Positions 11,601 through 24,015 are shown, counted from the first letter of the stretch. The stretch: 64,000 nt of DNA from Chlorokybus atmophyticus (GCA_009103225.1 RHPI01002090.1:579311-643310), one strand, 5' to 3'. The notes: a model not told the origin generated them from the letters alone. Numbers and translations are program-made.

Positions 11601-14600
11601 ATGAGTAGAGTTTCCATCAACAACGTGCGGAGAGCCACCGAGGAGTATTTGCAAAAGCATCACACTGGAGCCTTTGCATTTGTAAGCACATGCAGCATGC
11701 AACTGTTAGCAAAAAATGCCATTACAACCCCTTGGTTGCTAACCTTATCGCTTGTTACACAGAACAAGATTTTTGAGACGACGCTGAGCATGATTACAAC
11801 AACATTCCCCTCTATCGAAAGGAGCAAGCCACACCAAAGCAGACACAGCGTTAGCGGCAGCAAGGTTCTGATGTTGCCGCTGTAGGTTCAGCGTCAACAG
11901 CGTCAACAGCAAAGGAAACCGAGTACGACTTTGCTGTTACGAAGACTAGGGAGCTAAAGGAGCTTGAGGACCAACTTGAGGATGTGATGCATAAGGGGTC
12001 GGAGGAGTCGGCGCAGAAGGCTGCGAAGGAGATGTTGGAATTGGCGGAGCAGTCTAAGGAAGAAGAGGTGGTGCCACCTGCAAAGCAGCCGAGGCATGAA
12101 AATAAAAAAAGTCATCGACAGCCGGCTCTCCCCAAACACCTGTGAGTAATCACGCAAATACTTAAAACATCATATGTGTGTCTTATGTCATAGGCCGAGA
12201 CAGTCTGTGCGTCAATATACGTACATGATATCCTTACCATTTTCCTTACACACAGGGTGGCGGGGTGAACCAACCTGTAGCCGATGCCCCACATGCTACC
12301 AAGCACGGTACATTAAGGCAACACCGATCGGCGCAGGCATGTGAACCGGCTGTGACCAATGCTGCAGCCGATGTCTATCAATTCACCAAGACGGGGATGG
12401 ACACTGTGGAGTTGCCACCGCCATCAGAAGAACATCTGCTGGTGCGTCTTAATTTCCATGGTATCATGCATATTGATCACATGCCATGGGCGCCATGCTG
12501 CATGCATTGCTCAGCTGCAGCCTATGACAATTCACACCAACTTACCGTCACTTGTTGTTTGCAGAGTGACAGAAAGCTTCCCAACCGCAAGCGCACGCAG
12601 AGAGCAACCGGTCACCCATGGCAATTATGGACAAGCGGTTCAATTCCCATAGGCGAACTCCTCCATTTTTCTGGCAAAGATTTCGTCATCAAGCCTTCCA
12701 ACGTCCCTGGCGCAGTGCTGGACTTGTTCACCTGCCAGCCTATTAAGGGTGAACGCATCGTGGTCCTGGACGGTAAGTCGTACTCCTACAAAGAGATTCA
12801 GACATTCCCTCAGAGGGAGCACCAGCACCATCAGCAATACCATCTGCAGGTCATCAATGACATGCCACAATGCTAGAAAGCAGTCATCGATGGCCACCCC
12901 TCAATATGGGAACATAGCTGGCTTCCACCACTCCCAGCCGCGATACGCAGCACAAACCCAACTACCACATCATGGACTCCTGTGATGAGGCTGCGGTGCA
13001 GGCAGCTAAGGTCAGGAGTCAGAGTAACATCGCCGCTGGGGAAGAGCAATCCATGCAATATGTATCCCTTCCCTCCACCTCCAGACGAGCAACCTACAGA
13101 CGGTATATGCAGTATATGCAGCATATGGCTCATGCCTGTAGACATCACTTAATATGCCAGACACTTGCTCTTGCTGTCATAGACCGCATCTGTGAGAGCT
13201 GTTCAGTTTGTGAGATTATCATTCTGCATTGCAGACAATGTGCTAATCACCATTTTACTTCAGGTCATGAAGTCACCGGTAGAAATGGGTTTCGGCAAGT
13301 CAGAATGGATCCCCAATTTACCAGAGATTTAGTAATGGTTTGTTAGGGGTTCGCCAGATCCCTAATTAATGTATTGCTAAATTCCTACGTAAGTTAGAAC
13401 CAATCACAAGCAGCCATTAATCGGTTGCATATTTGTACCAGATCTCTAAACAACATTGGGGACTGGGCATTACAATTGTCAACAGTCATGGTCGTGACAA
13501 AGAGCTGTATAAATGTGTATCAAAATATTGACCACATCTTGGACGCCGTTGGGTACACAATGGCTACATTACAATGCATTTGGATCCAAACAATGGGCGA
13601 TACGAATCATTATTGCGAACGTGATTGGTTCCGTCATTAATGCATGGATCTAGCAGTCATAAACTTGCGTTGCATAACGTCGGTCATTACACCGTACGAA
13701 TACAATTGCTTAAATTATTTGCCACCTGACCATCAGTATAGTGCTGGTCCAAGCTTCTTGCCTGTTGGTACTTAAGTACCTACAGGCATGCCCGCGACCT
13801 ACCTAGTATTTGCCTTAATGATGACGCAGCATACTATCACCAGTGGTCATTGACCACTGTATCAATTTAAAAAAACGCACCGGCGCAACTTGCTGGTGGT
13901 AAGTGATACAGGGAGTTTATGGCAACAGCCTACCCTAGGACCAATGTTGTGGCTGGATGCTTGGGGTCGCTAACTCAGATTCGAGTTCCCACACCACCCG
14001 CAGACCAACTTATGCTTAAACACCTACCCTGTGCCTAGCTGTTTATCGAGGTGTCTACAGTATTTTATAATGCATACACATGTAACTACTTTCGTTTTAT
14101 CAGTACGTACGTACACATATCATAGTTTTTAAAATTGTATACACCTATCAGTATTGTTTACCGGTAGTGCTGTTGTATGCAACTATGATGCATGTGTCGC
14201 ATGACACATGCGTTGCGTAAACATGAATGCAATACAATTGGCATAAGAGACAACTAACGGAGCAAGCACTTATACTATTTTTTAAAATACCACAGTATGC
14301 GTCTCGTATCGTCGTAGTATAGTTAGTCAATTCATAGGTCTTGAGGCGTTCGTTATTAAGTAATTCTGCAGACTTTCCCGCGCAGGTCTAATGACCGGCG
14401 GTATACAACTCTGTTCCAATGCTGCACTTTTGTTTTTTTTGCCGCGGATTGCGACTATACTATCGCATTAAGATCAATCCTCTTAATGCGTGATTCAACA
14501 TAAGATTATTTCATGATGTGGCTATAACTAAATTTAAGAAAAGACGATACCAAATTTAATGCACACCAACTAATTGACCTTAATGGCTGCTGGATACCAG

Positions 14601-15360
14601 ACTAAGTCGTGACTAAGGCACCCCCTCCCCCCCCTAAAAAAGATATAAAAAATTTGCCACTTAAGTTATGGCTGGGATTCTTATTAAATTATGTTAAAGC
14701 CACATTGTTGGGGGGCCATTTCTACCAGTGAGTACTTCTTTGAGGCGGCCAGAGAAAAGTTTATCAAAGAGGCAACAGACATGGCAGCTGGCCACGACGT
14801 TGCGCTCGAAGATGGCGCGTACCTCGCCGCTTGCATTGCAACGCGATAAGGTGGTAGATCTTTAGGCGCCTACACATAGAGGGTGCTGAAACAACCACAG
14901 GTCGCACGAAATTAAAGATGGAACGCAAGTGTTAAGAAGGCTTCATCAGTGCATGCTCGTACATGTCATTGTGCATTTGTAGACCATCTGTCCTGCGATT
15001 AAAGCGACACAGTCAATCACGCTGTCAATAAAGGCATCTGTACGCCTTTTAAAAGGGATATCTAACTCAGCTGAAAGCAAGTGCGCTGAGCTTCCACGCG
15101 TGCTAGATAGACTATTCCTGCTGTTAAATCAAATAGAGTTTAATACAGAACAAGAGAATGAACAGAGGGTATGTAAGAGTGACATGGTTTTGGTGTTAAT
15201 TATGTTCTAACTGGTAGATATAATCTGCAGAAACTTACCAAGGAAGTGTTCCGTAAGGCAGAGATTGCAATTCGCCAAGGCTTTCAAGAGTGGCGCTCAA
15301 GGCGCCATGGTGACACGGGCTCCAAACCAGCACAGGCTAAGAAGCAGGACTGTTAGTGAA
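11601..15360 (+). pseudogene. Degenerate multi-exon gene (acidic coiled coil, possible RAMA-like domain), divergent from 8092-11445, interrupted by 13274-14730
   Basis: Exon frames ...TRELKELEDQLEDV..., WTSGSIPIGELLHFSGKDF...IVVLDGKSYS, VMK|YFFEAAREKF and KLTKEVFRKAEIAIRQGFQEWRSR. In-frame TGA/TAG stops are present. Confidence 0.6.
13274..14730. mobile_element. Non-autonomous CACTA/CMC-like TIR element (1457 bp)
   Basis: Ends CACCGGTAGAAATGG / CCATTTCTACCAGTG (14/15). 3-bp TSD AGT at 13271-13273 and 14731-14733. Removing it restores the exon cag|GTCATGAAGTACTTCTTTGAG (VMKYFFE). Confidence 0.88.
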
Positions 15361-15837
15361 AAGTGAAAAGACGAATGTTGTATGTTCATGCCGCGCAATA
15401 GTGTCAATGAAAGCAGGCGGTGTTGGTCGATTAAAGAACAGTTAATTGCCGTGCGCACCAATGTTCAAAACGCCCAAGATACGACTGCACAGTGCAGGCT
15501 GAGCAACAGGAACTGCAGCAGCGAAACATGGAGGATTGGGAGACATGCCGACTACGCATCAACTGTTGAGATGGACGATGACAAGCATACACATGCATGC
15601 GTGATCCAACCCCAAAAAGCTGCAACGCAGCGGGATTTGCGACCCCGTCACCGGGTTTCGAATCTGTGCGGATGCGCCTGTTGAGATTGCAAGCAACGAC
15701 TTACGACCTAAACCCTTAGCGATTAGATTACAACAACACAAGACAGGTAATAAGGCGAGTGTAAATGTCATTATCTTTTTTTATTGCGTTAATTGTCTCA
15801 TGTGCCGCAAGAATTGTTGAATGGATTGCATGCATGG

Positions 15838-15873
<36 letters not shown>

Positions 15874-15922
15874 GTGCATATACGTATGTATATACAATAT
15901 ATATATATATATACATGTATAT
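15838..15922. repeat. Imperfect (AT)n microsatellite
   Basis: Directly visible. Confidence 0.97.
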
Positions 15923-16711
15923 ACATCCATAAACCGGTAGCCGTTTATGTATATACGGCTACCGGTACCTGTCTTTTAATTCTTTAAATATAGTTGTGAA
16001 AGAGATTACAAGAATGTAGGTGTCTTGAGGATGAAACATGTGTTAGACCTGCCGCCCCGTCCAATCGCAGTGCTTTGTGACTGGCAGATGTTTGCATTAA
16101 GTTCCCTGCGTCACCTGTTTTGGCAAGGTTGTTGGCGGTGAGTTGGGGAAGTCTTTAACTCATTTGCTAGTATTGAACATAACACATGCAAGTAGCAGCC
16201 TTTTATATGTACTTGCTTGCCCCGCGGCCTGCAACTAGTAGGTTGCGAGGCAAGCCATATATAGGCCGCGGGGTTGATCTTAGCAATGATACGGTCATGA
16301 AATCATTAGGGTTTGTACTAGTGCAAAGTGATGATCGTAACACACACCTTGTTCAGTATACAATAGTGTACTATCAATGAAGTCGATCACAACGTAGATG
16401 ATTATGTGTATAGCTTTAGCATGCAGCATCAATGCATTGTTACACTGTCGCCGCGTCCTTGATTGCGTTTGAGGTATAGTTGCATTATCAATGATTTAGT
16501 TACAACTGTAATCACGATTTAAACCTTTAATTATGTCAACGGCTTATCCTCAAAGTTGTTGAGGATTCGGTGCTTACAATTATCACCGGCGGAGTGCCGT
16601 TTGTGACAGGTTGTAACAATATTTCAGCTATAGTCATAACATATACACGAATCCGCCGTGAACTTTATTAAATCCGCAGTTTATGTCCGGCTCCGTCCAT
16701 TACAAAGTTGC

Positions 16712-16750
16712 GGATCCAGCCTGACTTGCCAAAACCCATTTCTACCGGTG
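16712..16750 (-). mobile_element. Terminus of a second copy of the CACCGGTAG family (inverted relative to 13274)
   Basis: Its reverse complement matches 13274-13312 at 36/39 nt. A possible partner end at 16584 (CACCGGCGG) matches only weakly. Confidence 0.75.
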
Positions 16751-17429
16751 GATAAGCGCCTTCATCTCCACACCCCGTGTACTGTAATTATCGGTGTTTA
16801 GCTTCGCAATCAACCCCTTGTCGTAGCTAGTCTCCATCTTTGCCGCGCCTGCTCCTCTCTAGCAGTTGCACCGAAGGCTCTGCTACTCACAAGCTACCAT
16901 AGTGTAGTAACTACTAATGTCTGCTTATATCACACCCTTGACACGTGTTGTGGGCCCATAACCTATTGAAGAAGCTAACAACACATGTAGCTAAGGCTGA
17001 TGCTGAACATGCACACACATAATCCTACAGCTGCAAGAGCATACACAAGATAACACCAGTTTTTTTATTCATTTATTAAAATTCAGTCATGGGCTTTTAT
17101 ATCCGCTGCAGTACACCTGTCAACTCTGGAAGCAATTGTGTATGCTACACGTTATCTTTCGTCATAAACTTAATTGCATGACGCAGCTAACTTGAAGACC
17201 CTTTTAAAAAGCTAGGCCATGCGCCAAATGATAACCTAGCTACCAAGTTATGAATGTTCTCTGCGCGCCTGGAACTTTCTCTTCAACTCGAGTCTCCGCC
17301 TACAACCTTCTCGAACGGTGTCCGCGCCTGGAACCTTCTGGCGGCCAAACCTTCGGAGTTGACGTCCGTGCTTATATAGGGGGCAAGGCTGACCGAATAT
17401 AAAAATATATAAAAATATCCTTAACACTA

Positions 17430-20140
17430 TTGTGGCGATGGTTGTGGTGCCGGTTGCTGCGGAGTCCCGTCCCTATGGTTTCACACCGTTGAAAACAGGG
17501 CGAGCGCGTCGGTGGATATATCTGGGTCTAAAACTACAAACCCGCGCAAGTTGCGTACAGAAAGCGGCACCCCCGTTCTTGCCAACACCTCATCTTTCCG
17601 AGTTTGGTGTTCTGAGTTGGATGTTGGTGCATGTGACAAATCGTGGGTGGGGCGTGCAATCAGTTGCTGCACAGGCAAAGGAAGCATCTGTGCGCTGTGG
17701 CGTGTGACCGCCGAGATGGTTGTCGGCCCGGCAGGTAAAGTTGGAATTGAGGCTATTGTGGCTGCTGTTGCCGCTGCTGTTGAGTAAGAGACAGCTGGTT
17801 CTGCGTATATAAATGGCGGCCAGCGTGTAGGTGTGAGCAGCAGTAGTGGCAGTGATTGCGACCGTGCTGTAGGTGCCCACAGGCACGGGCACAACGATGT
17901 GTGCCCGTATTGTAGACAAGAGCAAGGGCGACGACTTGCTCGTATAAATCGATGCTGAAGTGGGCTCAGCTGCTTTAGCGAGTGCGCCAACGAGAGCAGC
18001 CTCTCCGTTGGCCAAAGGAGCCAGGGTGGTACCTGCCCCCTAAGCTGGGGTGGTTGCAGCGAGCTGTCCTGTTAATGATGGACCGGCATTGGACAATGCT
18101 GTGGGGGCACTCCAAGTGGCTGCAGCAGCTGTTGCGGCCGCGGCGAGAGCGTCTCAATTTGCTTGCGCTTTGTCCTCGCAGTTTTTAAGTCTGGAGTTGC
18201 AGCGTCGTTGACCAAACAACGCCCAGCGAGCAGAGAAGCAAGCTTGAAAGTCATCGTTTCGGGCCTTGGGCTGCAATTTCAGCTTTTGGATCCGTGTTGC
18301 CATGGCGACTGCAGCTTCAAAAGCCTCGGCTGCTGGCAATCGTATTGCTGCAGCAGCAGCGCGGGGGCGAGCATTGTCAACATGACGCGGTGGAGGCCGG
18401 TTCTTGCCTTGAAAGCCGTTGCCTTCGTTGCGAGCTCCCGCGTTGCCGTGAATGGCGTTGTTGCTGTTGTTGTTGTTGTACCCGCTGTTCGGCCTCAACT
18501 CCGAGAACTTGCAATTGGCACAGCACACTGTCTCCAAGTGACCAATCTTGTGGCAGCGATCACATATCAGAGCGGCGTATTGCTTAGTACATTCTGATGG
18601 TGACCGTGCCCGGCACGGGCCGTCCGCAGCGATAGCACATGATTGGAGCGACCAGAGCGGTGTGAGCTGCACAAGGTGGTCCCTTTAGTGGCAGCCTCAT
18701 AGGCGGCTGATCTTGTGCACGCTCTTCGCGGCTTGGCTCAGGTGCTAGTGGGGCTGAGTGCCGTAAAACAGTGCGGGTGCCATCCAACCCTGCCTTCTCC
18801 CAAACTTGTCGGTCTTAAATAGACGGTGCAGCTGTTGATGCTTGCTGCAGCGTGTACCCGCATTGATGAGTGCCATTCAGCGTCATGCGAACACTGTTGC
18901 GGAGCGTCGGCTCGAGCTCGGATATGTACACCGCCGTTGCTTGCTCTTCCGTTAGCACAACTCTGTATTCGACAGCTAGCCTTCTATGCGGGTATATATC
19001 TGAAAGGGGTCCTCGTTGGCCTTGCGTCTGGAGTGGCGCAGTTCTTCAACCTTGTGGATGGTTGCAGGGGGAAAGGTATGCCGTAAAGCTGCCTACAAGT
19101 CGGTAAGGGGAGACGCGGTACGGACCACATTGATGGCAAGGGTGGCATGGCGTAGAGTAATAGATGCAGCGAACATCGTGCTATCCGGCGTTGCAGCAGG
19201 GCCAGGGTTTGGTGGCAGACTCACAGCTATGTCTATTATTGTGAGACGATTTGTCTGCAACACAATGGCCATGCGATCGACCGCACGGTTTTGTTAAGCA
19301 GTGATGTGAGCGGCAATCTCCTCAGCTGTTTTAGTTGTGGTGTTCACTGCGGGATTCAATGTCTCAGCTTACCGGCTAATGGTGCGCATCACAGCAGCCG
19401 GCGGAGGACAGGGAACCGCTACAGGAGCAGGCAATACCCAGGTGGTAGGGGCGGTTACCGCAGTTCCCGTGCGTGGACCAATAGTGACGTCCTGATGCAG
19501 AGCAGCAACTGACCTCCACACAAAAGAAGCCTTAAGGTCTGAGTACTACGCACGGACCTATACAATAATAGGGTCTCTGTCCAGGCATTGCTGCTTTTGT
19601 GGGCGAGAAAGGCCATCGTGGTCGCAAAAGGCCATTATGGTCTTGATCTGATGGCATTTAGTGCCAAGGTGCCACTCCTTGTTTGAATCGTTGTCACCGT
19701 CCAAAGACAACAGTGGTGTACTGCTGGTAAAGAGTAGGGTGTCGGAAGCTGCTTTCAAAAAATGAGCGAGACTTGTGGCAACTTTTACCGAAGGAACGCG
19801 GACTGTGGTGGCTGGCGTAGTCTCCTTCGGTGTCAAAACTGCTGCACTCGTAGGTGTGGCAACTTTTACCGAAGGAACGCGGACTGTGGTGGCTGGCGCA
19901 GTCTCCTTCGGTGTCGAAACTGCTGCACTCGTAGGTGACATAAGAGCTCAGCTTTCAGCTGTCCAAGTCGCGCGAACCTTCCTCGTCAATGGTTTCGCTA
20001 GCAGGTCCCTCGTAGATGTGTTCTCCCTCCCCAGATCCCATACTTATGAAAGTGATGACAAATATGATAGTGAATGCAGCCTAGAGTGTGTATGCTCCTG
20101 CCCATATGTCATCGATTCTGTTCACTTCACCCGCAGGTGA
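17430..20140 (-). pseudogene. Degenerate retroelement gag (capsid-like region plus two CCHC zinc knuckles), no pol detected
   Basis: DL*AALRHTFPPATIHKVEELRHSRRKANEDPFQIYTRIE resembles retrotransposon gag. Knuckles are CYRCGRP... (frameshifted) and CDRCHKIGHLETVC. Multiple stops. Confidence 0.7.
19775..19936. repeat. Tandem repeat, 2 x 81 bp (in-frame 27-codon unit)
   Basis: GTGGCAACTTTTACCGAAGG... at 19775 and 19856, two substitutions. Confidence 0.97.
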
Positions 20141-21352
20141 CTGTGCAGTTCACTACGGTGACAATAACAGCAAATGCCTCGTAGTTTAAATAAAAATGCA
20201 AGCTACAATGTATGAATGCAGAATGCAGAATCACTCACTTATTGCAAACTGTATCTCAACAAGCCACTTGTAGAGGTACTACCTACTAGTAGTGCTGCAT
20301 CACACAAACTTGCATGAGCGGATGGATGTTCTAACTGCCAAGTGAGGTGAACGAACACGCAATTTCGTGGAAGCTATGCTCCAATTGAGAATGTAAACAC
20401 ATTGCGGTAAGGCATCAAGTATCTCACAGGCAATGCAAGGCGATGTGCACACAAACATGCACACTTTCTCACACGGTGAGGGGTTCTTGGCAACCAGGGC
20501 GGCGAGTCCACAGCTCAGTCGTTTCACAATTTCTATTCCAGAATTCTCATTCACAATTTCACCAAGTCATACAGCAAAGCAAATTGCTACTACTTACACA
20601 AGGCTATATGGTCAAGGCACATCTGTTCAGTAATGGTTTGAACAATGCTAACGGCAACTGACATAACATGGCCAAAGCAATACGTCAGGTTTCGATGTAG
20701 CCGAACTGACTCTCAATTGGTCATCAACCGTGAGCTACCCATCAGTCGTGTAATATGGAGCGAAGCTATTATTAATGTTGACATGCACACGGTGACAAAC
20801 GCATGCACATGGGCGACATGCTACATCACAACACTGCAGCCTGTAGTAAGAGCACAAGTTTGCGGGTTCTTATCCCCGCCAGATTCTGCACCGAATACAC
20901 ACACTACCGGTCGACAAGCGCCACCGTAAAATCTACTTAGTCAAATTTTCAACAAGCTACGTCACTTGTCTGTTGACTCCGTATCCACCCGGATTCAACG
21001 GTTGTAAGGCCTTGCTCTGGAGTCTGCTTGGACTGAGTCCGAAGTCATCGAAGTCGTCTCCGTGTATTCCCATGCAGAGGGCAAGCTGACTGGATTTAAA
21101 AATGCCTTCAACAATTAGCTACCTACGAGTCATACTACAGTGCATGTGCTAGTGGCCAGGGCAGCGCGTCAGCTGTAGTCATGGACGATGAAGTGGAGCA
21201 GTCATGATGGAGCGGCATAACAACATCTTGCTTGAATAATTATAACTGCTTATGTCCTCGAGTGAAATTACAATATAAGTAGTGGTGGCTTGATTCTTGT
21301 AAAAACAATTGGGAGTGCACAGATGCATCACATCATTCACAATAGCAAGCAC

Positions 21353-21685
21353 TGCAACGGTGTGCTACCTCCATAGAGGTTCCCCGCCCTTATTTAGGAT
21401 TAAATAAGGGTCCCAACGGGATTATACAGCCTATTAAGCCATATTAAGGCCGTTAACTTATGTTAAGGCCCTAATGTAATGTTACTTATCTGTAACACTG
21501 ATATCGACATGAGACACGAGTCTCATGTCGATATCAGCTGCATGGCGGCGCTGCTAAACGCAGCGACCGCCATAGCCAGGGGATCTTCTGCTTCGGCAAT
21601 TGCCCCTGGCGGCGGCGGCGTGGGCGTCGTGGCTGGTGGTGGGGTAGGGGATTTAAGGGAGGAGGGAGCACCCCCTCTCCTTACA
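21353..21685 (+). repeat. 5' LTR (333 bp)
   Basis: TGCAACGG...CCTTACA, matches 27899-28225. Confidence 0.97.
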
Positions 21686-21686
21686 T

Positions 21687-21698
21687 TGGTATCGGAGC
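21687..21698 (+). promoter_or_regulatory. Primer-binding site for initiator tRNA-Met
   Basis: TGGTATCGGAGC, 1 nt after the 5' LTR; a variant of the canonical TGGTATCAGAGC. Confidence 0.93.
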
Positions 21699-22566
21699 AA
21701 GGGCGGCGAGGGCCTGTGGGAGGGGCGGCGGCTTTGGCGGCGCAGAGGCGGCAGCAGCGGCAGGCGGCAGGCTTAGGCGGCAGCCACTGCAGTGCCGGCG
21801 ATGGCGGCACTAGCAGGCGCTACCCACTAGGGTGGGTAGTGGTGGTTGTTAAGTGTTGTTGTTGTTGTTGTTGTAGTAGTTAGCTGTTGCTGGTGTAGTT
21901 AGCTTGCATGCTTGCCTGCTTAGCCTAGCACAGCCTAGCTGCCTTAGCCTAGCCTAGCCTAGCTTGCTGCTGGGGAAGGCGGCGACTCAGGCAGCCTATC
22001 CCCCAAGCATTGCATGCCCAGCACATCACATTATAATGTGATATAATTACTGTGCTTGTGCTTGTGTGCTTGCCACTACGTGGATTCGTGGTGGTGTAAA
22101 GGGTGTGAAATTGTATTCACAAATCCAACCCTTGTGAGGCAGTTCGGTGGCAACATCGGCTGCCGTTACCGCCAGTCAGTGCGGTGACACGCCAGAGTCA
22201 CTCTGTGCAGCCGATATCAAACTTACAAATCACAACTCGCTGATATCAGCCTGTAGGGTCGATGCAACGAGATTTTGGCACCCTGTGTGTCAATTACAAT
22301 TGTGGATTGAGCTGAGTTGTACAAACTGAAAACTTTGACAAGTTGTAACTTGTGAACCGCCGCGTGGATTCGCGTGCGGTTTGTTTCAACGTGAGTGTCT
22401 AGTTGAAAGGTGTGTGGAGAGCTCTTGTTTAAGCTGAATACTCCACGTTAAGCGCTTGAAACTTGACGAGACAAAATCTATAGATTTTGACACTTTTGCA
22501 GTGCACAACTTGGGTGTTTTGTGCACTTGCACACTTCTACTATTGACGGCTTGTATTCTTGGGCAG

Positions 22567-24015
22567 ATGTCTGACCAAGGAGGGGATGATGTGGAGAAGT
22601 CCACATCATATGAGCCATCGAGTGAAGAGGAAGTGAACTACTCTGACACGAGTGAAAGCTACAAGTTTACTGACAGTAAGAAGGAAGGAGCTAAGCAAGA
22701 CAGCGAAGCTTCTCCCAACCAGTCTGCTCAAAGTGGACCAGCTGCAGTGGACACACAGAGTGTCATTGGCGGGGCCATTGAGAAGTATGCCTCAAAGCGT
22801 AAAGCTCTACTTGCTGCCCACCCTCAGCTTCGTCAAGAAACGTGGGATGCATGGGCGCAGACGGTTCGTGATGGCTATGAGACAGACTTTGCCACACTCC
22901 CTCGTGCAAGCAAGGAGATGGTAATCCGCATGCTCGAACATGAGCTGACGAACAACATCCCGCCTCTCGTGCGAGGTGATCCAAAGGTGGCAGCTATCAT
23001 GGCCGTATATGATAAGCCTCTCCCTTACCAAGGCAAGCAAATGGCGTTTGAGGTTTTGACCAACTTGGGAGTGGAAACCTCACAGCGTTGCAAAGATGTG
23101 TTGTGGTACTTGGGACCCAACTTTAAAGACAAGTTGACTGGCCGAGTGCAGTTGACGGCACGCCTCGATGCCATGCAGGCTGAGTTGGTGGCGCTGCGCC
23201 AACAGGTGGCAGGTGCTACTTCGGCAGCTGGGGCATCAGCAGGTCTGCCGGTGACGGCTCTGAACAAGCCTGAGAAGTTCAAGCCTAACGGCAGCGTCAG
23301 CATTCACAACTGGGTGGTTACTGTCGAGCACTACTTGACGGCACTCAAGCGCCCGGTTAATGAGCACATTGCTGTTGCTGAGTTGCTCATGCCATCTGAT
23401 GCTCTCGTCGAATGGGCGAGGCAGACAGAAAATGGTGCTGCCAAGACAGTGGAGGCACTTTTCCAGTTCCTGATGGAACGCTATGGTGGCATGGACCCGG
23501 CTACTCAGGCTCGCAACAAACTCAGCAAGTTGCGCCAGAATGGTCGGGCGGCCTCAACCTATCTGCAGGAGTTTCAAGCATTGGTGGGTCGTGCAAACAG
23601 CGGCCTCATGCCCATGGACAAGGCCGAGCAATTTGAGTTGTACAAGCGCGGCTTGGATGCGCATGTGCGTGATCAGCTGCAGTACAACACGGCAACAGGA
23701 CTTCCTTGGGTTCCTGAGGACTTGGCAAAGCTGCAGAAGCTGAGCGTGTACCTTTACAATGATGACACGACGGTGCAGGACAAGTCACATGTGGCAGTTT
23801 CGGCCAAGCCGCCGGGGGTGGGAGGAAAGCGTTTCTCTCATCCGAGTGCACACCTGGCAAAGAAGGCGAAGACATTTGGTGCTCCCACCAGTGGCGCACC
23901 TGCTGGTGGTGCCATGCCAGCTGCGGCTCGCACCTGTTACGTCTGTCATCAGCCTGGCCACATCGCAAAGAACTGCCCAACCAAAGGGAATGGCAAGGCC
24001 AAGAAGGTTGAATAG
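22567..24015 (+). CDS. Gag with C-terminal CCHC zinc knuckle
   Basis: Uninterrupted ORF with KPEKF, QARNKLSKLRQ and CYVCHQPGHIAKNC. Confidence 0.93.
   Translation: MSDQGGDDVEKSTSYEPSSEEEVNYSDTSESYKFTDSKKEGAKQDSEASPNQSAQSGPAAVDTQSVIGGAIEKYASKRKALLAAHPQLRQETWDAWAQTVRDGYETDFATLPRASKEMVIRMLEHELTNNIPPLVRGDPKVAAIMAVYDKPLPYQGKQMAFEVLTNLGVETSQRCKDVLWYLGPNFKDKLTGRVQLTARLDAMQAELVALRQQVAGATSAAGASAGLPVTALNKPEKFKPNGSVSIHNWVVTVEHYLTALKRPVNEHIAVAELLMPSDALVEWARQTENGAAKTVEALFQFLMERYGGMDPATQARNKLSKLRQNGRAASTYLQEFQALVGRANSGLMPMDKAEQFELYKRGLDAHVRDQLQYNTATGLPWVPEDLAKLQKLSVYLYNDDTTVQDKSHVAVSAKPPGVGGKRFSHPSAHLAKKAKTFGAPTSGAPAGGAMPAAARTCYVCHQPGHIAKNCPTKGNGKAKKVE

Noticed and set aside
13274-16750. A single 3.5-kb element bounded by the 39-bp inverted repeat
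   Set aside because: There is no TSD (AGT vs GAT). The shorter 13274-14730 call has an AGT TSD and restores an exon on excision.
16742-20920. CTACCGGT.GA.AAGCGCC as direct terminal repeats of the gag remnant
   Set aside because: A 17/19 match is expected by chance among all pairs in 64 kb, and the similarity does not extend.
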